From contig PPNB01000015.1 of the NCBI GenBank assembly GCA_003707115.1, positions 62,001-126,000 on the forward strand: a DNA stretch of 64,000 nt. The letters run 5' to 3'. Under the pieces are notes generated by a model. It was given only the letters and a program-made list of their open reading frames with translations, made no database searches and had not been told where the DNA came from. The DNA comes from Tortispora ganteri (Eukaryota). The position numbers were made by a program, and so were the translations under genes. Shown here one piece after another: positions 60,352-64,000 of this stretch. Within the stretch, counting starts at the first letter, position 1. Each line of letters begins with the position of its first letter.

Positions 60352-63300
60352 TAGAGACCGTGAACGCATCGATCGGGTCAAAAAATTCATATGCAACAAT
60401 AATACATTATGAATACAATTCAAATATAGATGTCAATCCGGTTGTGGTCACTTATATCAATACCGACGTTCATGTACCAGCAGGACAACCAACGGCTACA
60501 GTCATTTGCACTGTTGTTGAAACTATCACTGTCAAAAAGAATTGCACCTCTTTCGGCTATTATACTATAGAGCCTAATAACGCGTTACCTGAAAATAAAC
60601 TAAATACCCTGGATACCCAAAATTCCAACAATATTCTATTTTCTCCAGTCAAACCTCTTGCGTCAGTTACAGAAGCTGACGGTGCAGACCAGTACTATCT
60701 ACCTGTTCAACCTTCTTTCTATCAGAGTGTAGGTGTAGCGCAGGTGGATTTATCATCAGTTCAGCACATACCGGCCACCAGTCAGAACGCAGATCTAGTT
60801 GACAGATCTGCTGAACCCCAAATACAAACTGGCAGGCAACCTGTTGCTAGTTCCACTTTCACTACTGGCAAGATTCTACCAGTAGCTGCTTCATCCCCTT
60901 CGGATGCAGTAAGTTCTACTTCAACTGAAGTGGAGGAGCTATCGATATTTGTATCTTCTTCGGATACATTTAGCTCATCAGTAACAAGCTCGTCTAACTG
61001 GAACTTTTCTTCATCATCAATATCCAGCTCATCTTCTTCATTATCAGGAAATGTTTTGCCCGTGATAATCTCTTCATATGAACCTAGTTCGGTTCTAAAT
61101 AATATACCTACTAGCAGCGATTATTCTGCTGAAAATGAATTGTCAAGTAGTTCATTTTCGGACACTGCCCCGCACGCGATACCTGCAAGTTCTGTTGTGA
61201 GCGAACTACCTTCTAGCATAATGTTAAGTAGTGTTCTACCAACAAGCAGCTCATCCTTGGATGGTATCCTACCTCTTTCATTGAGATCTGTAAGCGATAC
61301 ACCCGTTATAAGTTCTTCTGCTCAAAGTCCTCTGTCAAGTAGCGTGTTAACATCTAGCAGCCTGATTGAAGAAATTCCGTTCTCTACCAGTTCTGTACTA
61401 GTAAGCGATTCATCTAGTGCGGCCTTCGAAGTAAGCGAATCTTCATCGCAAAGTTCCACGTTAAGAGAAACATCTGCGAGCAGTTTATCTCTAAGCTTGT
61501 CTTCTGAAGAATTCATCTCCTCTATTGGTTCTCAACTAGCAAGCAGCTCGTCTTCTGCTCAAATTTTGCCAGGCATAGTTTCTTCTTCTAGCAACTCACC
61601 TAGCATTGACTCATTTACAGCTAGTTCTTCGATACTAAGCTCATCTGAATTTGAGTCATCTGCCGCTACCTCCTCGATAGTTAGTTCATCGAACTGGAAT
61701 TTCTCTTCCATTTCGTTCACAAGTTTAACCAGTTCGTTACCAAATGAGGCAATTTCATCAGATAGTCCTTCAAGCAGCACATATGTTGAAAGTTCTCTTA
61801 CTACTCCAGATACTAGCAGTTCATATCTAAGTTATTCGAGCTCTGCTATTTCAGCGATACCGAGTTCGATAAGTGAATATGGAAGTCTGACATCAGTGTC
61901 AAGTACTATATCTTCCTCTTCTCTCAATATATCTTCTTCGTCAAAGATAAGTGACGCAAATGTATCAGAGAATGTCTCAAATTCCTCTAGCATAAGCTTT
62001 TCATCTGTTCAATTAGGCAGTAATGTGTCTTCGGAAACGATTAGTATGCAGAGTCATTTGAATAGCTCCTCACCCGCTATTACGACTACGAACGTTTCTC
62101 TTTCATCAAGTACTTATTACTCTTCTTCATCAAGCGTGATATCCAACTCTTTTTCTTCAATTGCTAGTTCTTCATCGAGTGCGTCTTCATCAATTACACT
62201 ATCAAGTTCAGATATATCAAGCAGCAGTACCAGTTCGTCTTCAAGCGCATCATCGTCCAGCGCAACGCTTGAAGAAGATGTTTATAGAAGAATAACCGAC
62301 GGAATGATGTTCAATATGATATCTACATCGGACTTCAATCCTGCGGATACATTAGGGACGGCACAGAATGTTGTACCCAAAGTCAACATGGTGTCTGACT
62401 ATGCGACAACAGAGACCAATAAATTTTACGGTAACATGCTTGTGAACTTACAAGATTTTGGTATCTGGACTCACCCTTATAGCATTTATTATCTGAAAAA
62501 CAATGCTGGCCTGGGTGTTATGTATCAAGATAGATCGCAGTATGTTTACAGTCCAGAGCTTACTGCAGTTGGAGCACATCGCTATTTTGCTGTTCCTATT
62601 CGCGCTCCACAGCTTATATTCCAGGCGGTAGAAATATCTACTAGCGCAAGTCGATTTGTGCTCGAAAATCCCGCAATGATGTCAGTTGAATGTCATCTTG
62701 TTAGCACAGCTGGTTCTAACCAAACAATGCAGCTATATGCGGTGCAAGGCATGGGATTGGCTACTACCAAGTATAAGAATACAACTCCCCGGGTAATTTC
62801 TACATACGTGATAGAAAGTCTTACAGCTGGGCCTATTATCAACGGAACAATAAGTTCATATTATGTTAATGTTGATAATGGACCATCATCAAATTGGGTT
62901 CTCTATGCTTTTATACCACCCGGAGCAACTGATGCGGGAGATCTCGTCCAATTGACTTTAATTGGGCAAGATATCCTTGCTTCCAAACAGTACGAAGAAG
63001 TTATTTTGCAGGTAGGAGTTATACCACCTGGAGGAGATGCAAGTGTGTACGACCAAGCTGCCGGATCATATGCCACTTGGGTGACAACATATGGAGAATA
63101 CGGAGGCGGAAGCGGTGTAGTGAAGTTGCAGTACTATGGCGAGAAGAATGAACGCCCTAATGTTCTGCAGTTTGCACTCCCTCATCATATGCAACTGTTT
63201 GATGCCGAAACAGAAGCACATGCAACTGCGCTGCAGCTATATTCCACGACCAAGGGACTTATGAGAGGTTATATTGGCAATGAACTCACCATGCGGAGTG

Positions 63301-64000
63301 TATTACCAAATCGCGGAAATATGTACTTTTTGCCAGGATCTTCATCTAGCGAATCGTCAATTGATCCACCAATTGTAAACTTACCTGCAGCGGTGAAAAA
63401 CCAGATTTCGCAGATCTTGCAAACAGAGACCGGGTTTGTTGATGATCCCGAAGAAATAGTAACGGATAATATTTATCAAGCATGTGCAACAGAAGTGAGC
63501 GTTTACTATGCAGGAAAATGTGTTGACAAGTATGCTTATCTAATGCTGGATGCGAAATTTGTGCTTCAAGATGATACATTAGCAAACAAGATTGCTGCTG
63601 GAGTAAAGAAAGTTTTAAATGGATGGATATCAAACACTATGATATCGCCATTGCGATATGAAACGGTGTACGGAGGTATAATAAATGGTGCAAATGTTGA
63701 TCAGCCTGGATTTGATTTCGGAAATGCCTATTACAATGACCATCAGTTCCATTACGGCTATTTTGTGCATGCAGCTGCCTGTCTAGGTCTTGTAGATCCA
63801 GATTGGGCTGCAGATACGACGAACCGACGATGGGTGGATGCGCTTGTAAGAGATTTCAGTAACCCGAATGAGGATGATACATTGTTTCCTGTATCGCGCT
63901 CATTCGATTGGTTCCATGGACATTCATGGGCTCAGGGACTTTTTGAGTCCGCCGATGGCAAAGATCAAGAATCTTCATCTGAAGACTATAATTCGGCACT
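60294..64000 (+). CDS. GH81 endo-1,3-beta-glucanase (Dse4/Eng1-like) with a long Ser/Thr-rich N-terminal region; runs off the window end and is absent from the ORF track
   Basis: Hand translation finds no stop from 60234 through TNKFYGNML (~62415). The same frame carries DFGNAYYNDHQFHYGY (~63715-63761) and RSFDWFHGHSWAQG...DGKDQESSSEDYN at the window end. Confidence 0.9.
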   Translation, partial: MSSLADNSSQPLYTLSSSVIETVNASIGSKNSYATIIHYEYNSNIDVNPVVVTYINTDVHVPAGQPTATVICTVVETITVKKNCTSFGYYTIEPNNALPENKLNTLDTQNSNNILFSPVKPLASVTEADGADQYYLPVQPSFYQSVGVAQVDLSSVQHIPATSQNADLVDRSAEPQIQTGRQPVASSTFTTGKILPVAASSPSDAVSSTSTEVEELSIFVSSSDTFSSSVTSSSNWNFSSSSISSSSSSLSGNVLPVIISSYEPSSVLNNIPTSSDYSAENELSSSSFSDTAPHAIPASSVVSELPSSIMLSSVLPTSSSSLDGILPLSLRSVSDTPVISSSAQSPLSSSVLTSSSLIEEIPFSTSSVLVSDSSSAAFEVSESSSQSSTLRETSASSLSLSLSSEEFISSIGSQLASSSSSAQILPGIVSSSSNSPSIDSFTASSSILSSSEFESSAATSSIVSSSNWNFSSISFTSLTSSLPNEAISSDSPSSSTYVESSLTTPDTSSSYLSYSSSAISAIPSSISEYGSLTSVSSTISSSSLNISSSSKISDANVSENVSNSSSISFSSVQLGSNVSSETISMQSHLNSSSPAITTTNVSLSSSTYYSSSSSVISNSFSSIASSSSSASSSITLSSSDISSSSTSSSSSASSSSATLEEDVYRRITDGMMFNMISTSDFNPADTLGTAQNVVPKVNMVSDYATTETNKFYGNMLVNLQDFGIWTHPYSIYYLKNNAGLGVMYQDRSQYVYSPELTAVGAHRYFAVPIRAPQLIFQAVEISTSASRFVLENPAMMSVECHLVSTAGSNQTMQLYAVQGMGLATTKYKNTTPRVISTYVIESLTAGPIINGTISSYYVNVDNGPSSNWVLYAFIPPGATDAGDLVQLTLIGQDILASKQYEEVILQVGVIPPGGDASVYDQAAGSYATWVTTYGEYGGGSGVVKLQYYGEKNERPNVLQFALPHHMQLFDAETEAHATALQLYSTTKGLMRGYIGNELTMRSVLPNRGNMYFLPGSSSSESSIDPPIVNLPAAVKNQISQILQTETGFVDDPEEIVTDNIYQACATEVSVYYAGKCVDKYAYLMLDAKFVLQDDTLANKIAAGVKKVLNGWISNTMISPLRYETVYGGIINGANVDQPGFDFGNAYYNDHQFHYGYFVHAAACLGLVDPDWAADTTNRRWVDALVRDFSNPNEDDTLFPVSRSFDWFHGHSWAQGLFESADGKDQESSSEDYNSA

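Noticed and set aside
61322..61780. Acidic minus-strand ORFs (61322-61516, 61559-61780)
   Set aside because: They are the antisense reading of the Ser-rich codons of the GH81 gene.
1..64000. Transposons/LTRs, CRISPR arrays, rRNA, snRNA, bacterial HGT islands
   Set aside because: I recognised no transposase or RT ORFs, LTR pairs, spaced repeats or RNA-gene signatures, and all identified proteins look fungal. Divergent ncRNAs would need an Infernal/Rfam scan to exclude.

Overview
Eukaryotic DNA from a compact, apparently intron-poor budding yeast (Saccharomycotina). It uses the standard code (CTG at a conserved Leu in PRP22) and keeps BTA1 and glutaryl-CoA dehydrogenase, which S. cerevisiae lacks. 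The window holds about 33 mostly housekeeping genes: PRP22 (5'-truncated), RPA49, BTA1, LSO2/CCDC124, COA6, a Pac2-type WOPR factor, SLM5, REB1/NSI1, GCDH, TPT1, ERG24, SPP1, a putative eIF4E-binding protein, URB1, MUB/UBL3, UMP1, TAD1, an ING protein, an ankyrin protein, RPC11, a degenerate Rad51 paralogue, EFR3, SLS1, DPH7, PBR1, two tandem ADH6-like genes, HEM1, TEL1, DCN1, a PIG-Y-like protein, IRC20, and a 3'-truncated GH81 endoglucanase missing from the ORF track. I saw no transposon, CRISPR, rRNA or tRNA. The most interesting signals are: (1) a dense array of AGTCWAAC / CTAGTCAAACT motifs upstream of the Pac2-type WOPR gene, a candidate autoregulatory switch; (2) a GH81 gene whose signal peptide lies in a different reading frame from the enzyme; (3) ERG24 and SPP1 start codons only 35 bp apart, with a possible SPP1 micro-exon and intron lying antisense inside ERG24; (4) an unusual motif set shared by the RPA49 and URB1 promoters. 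All gene calls come from recognising motifs by eye; no searches were run.
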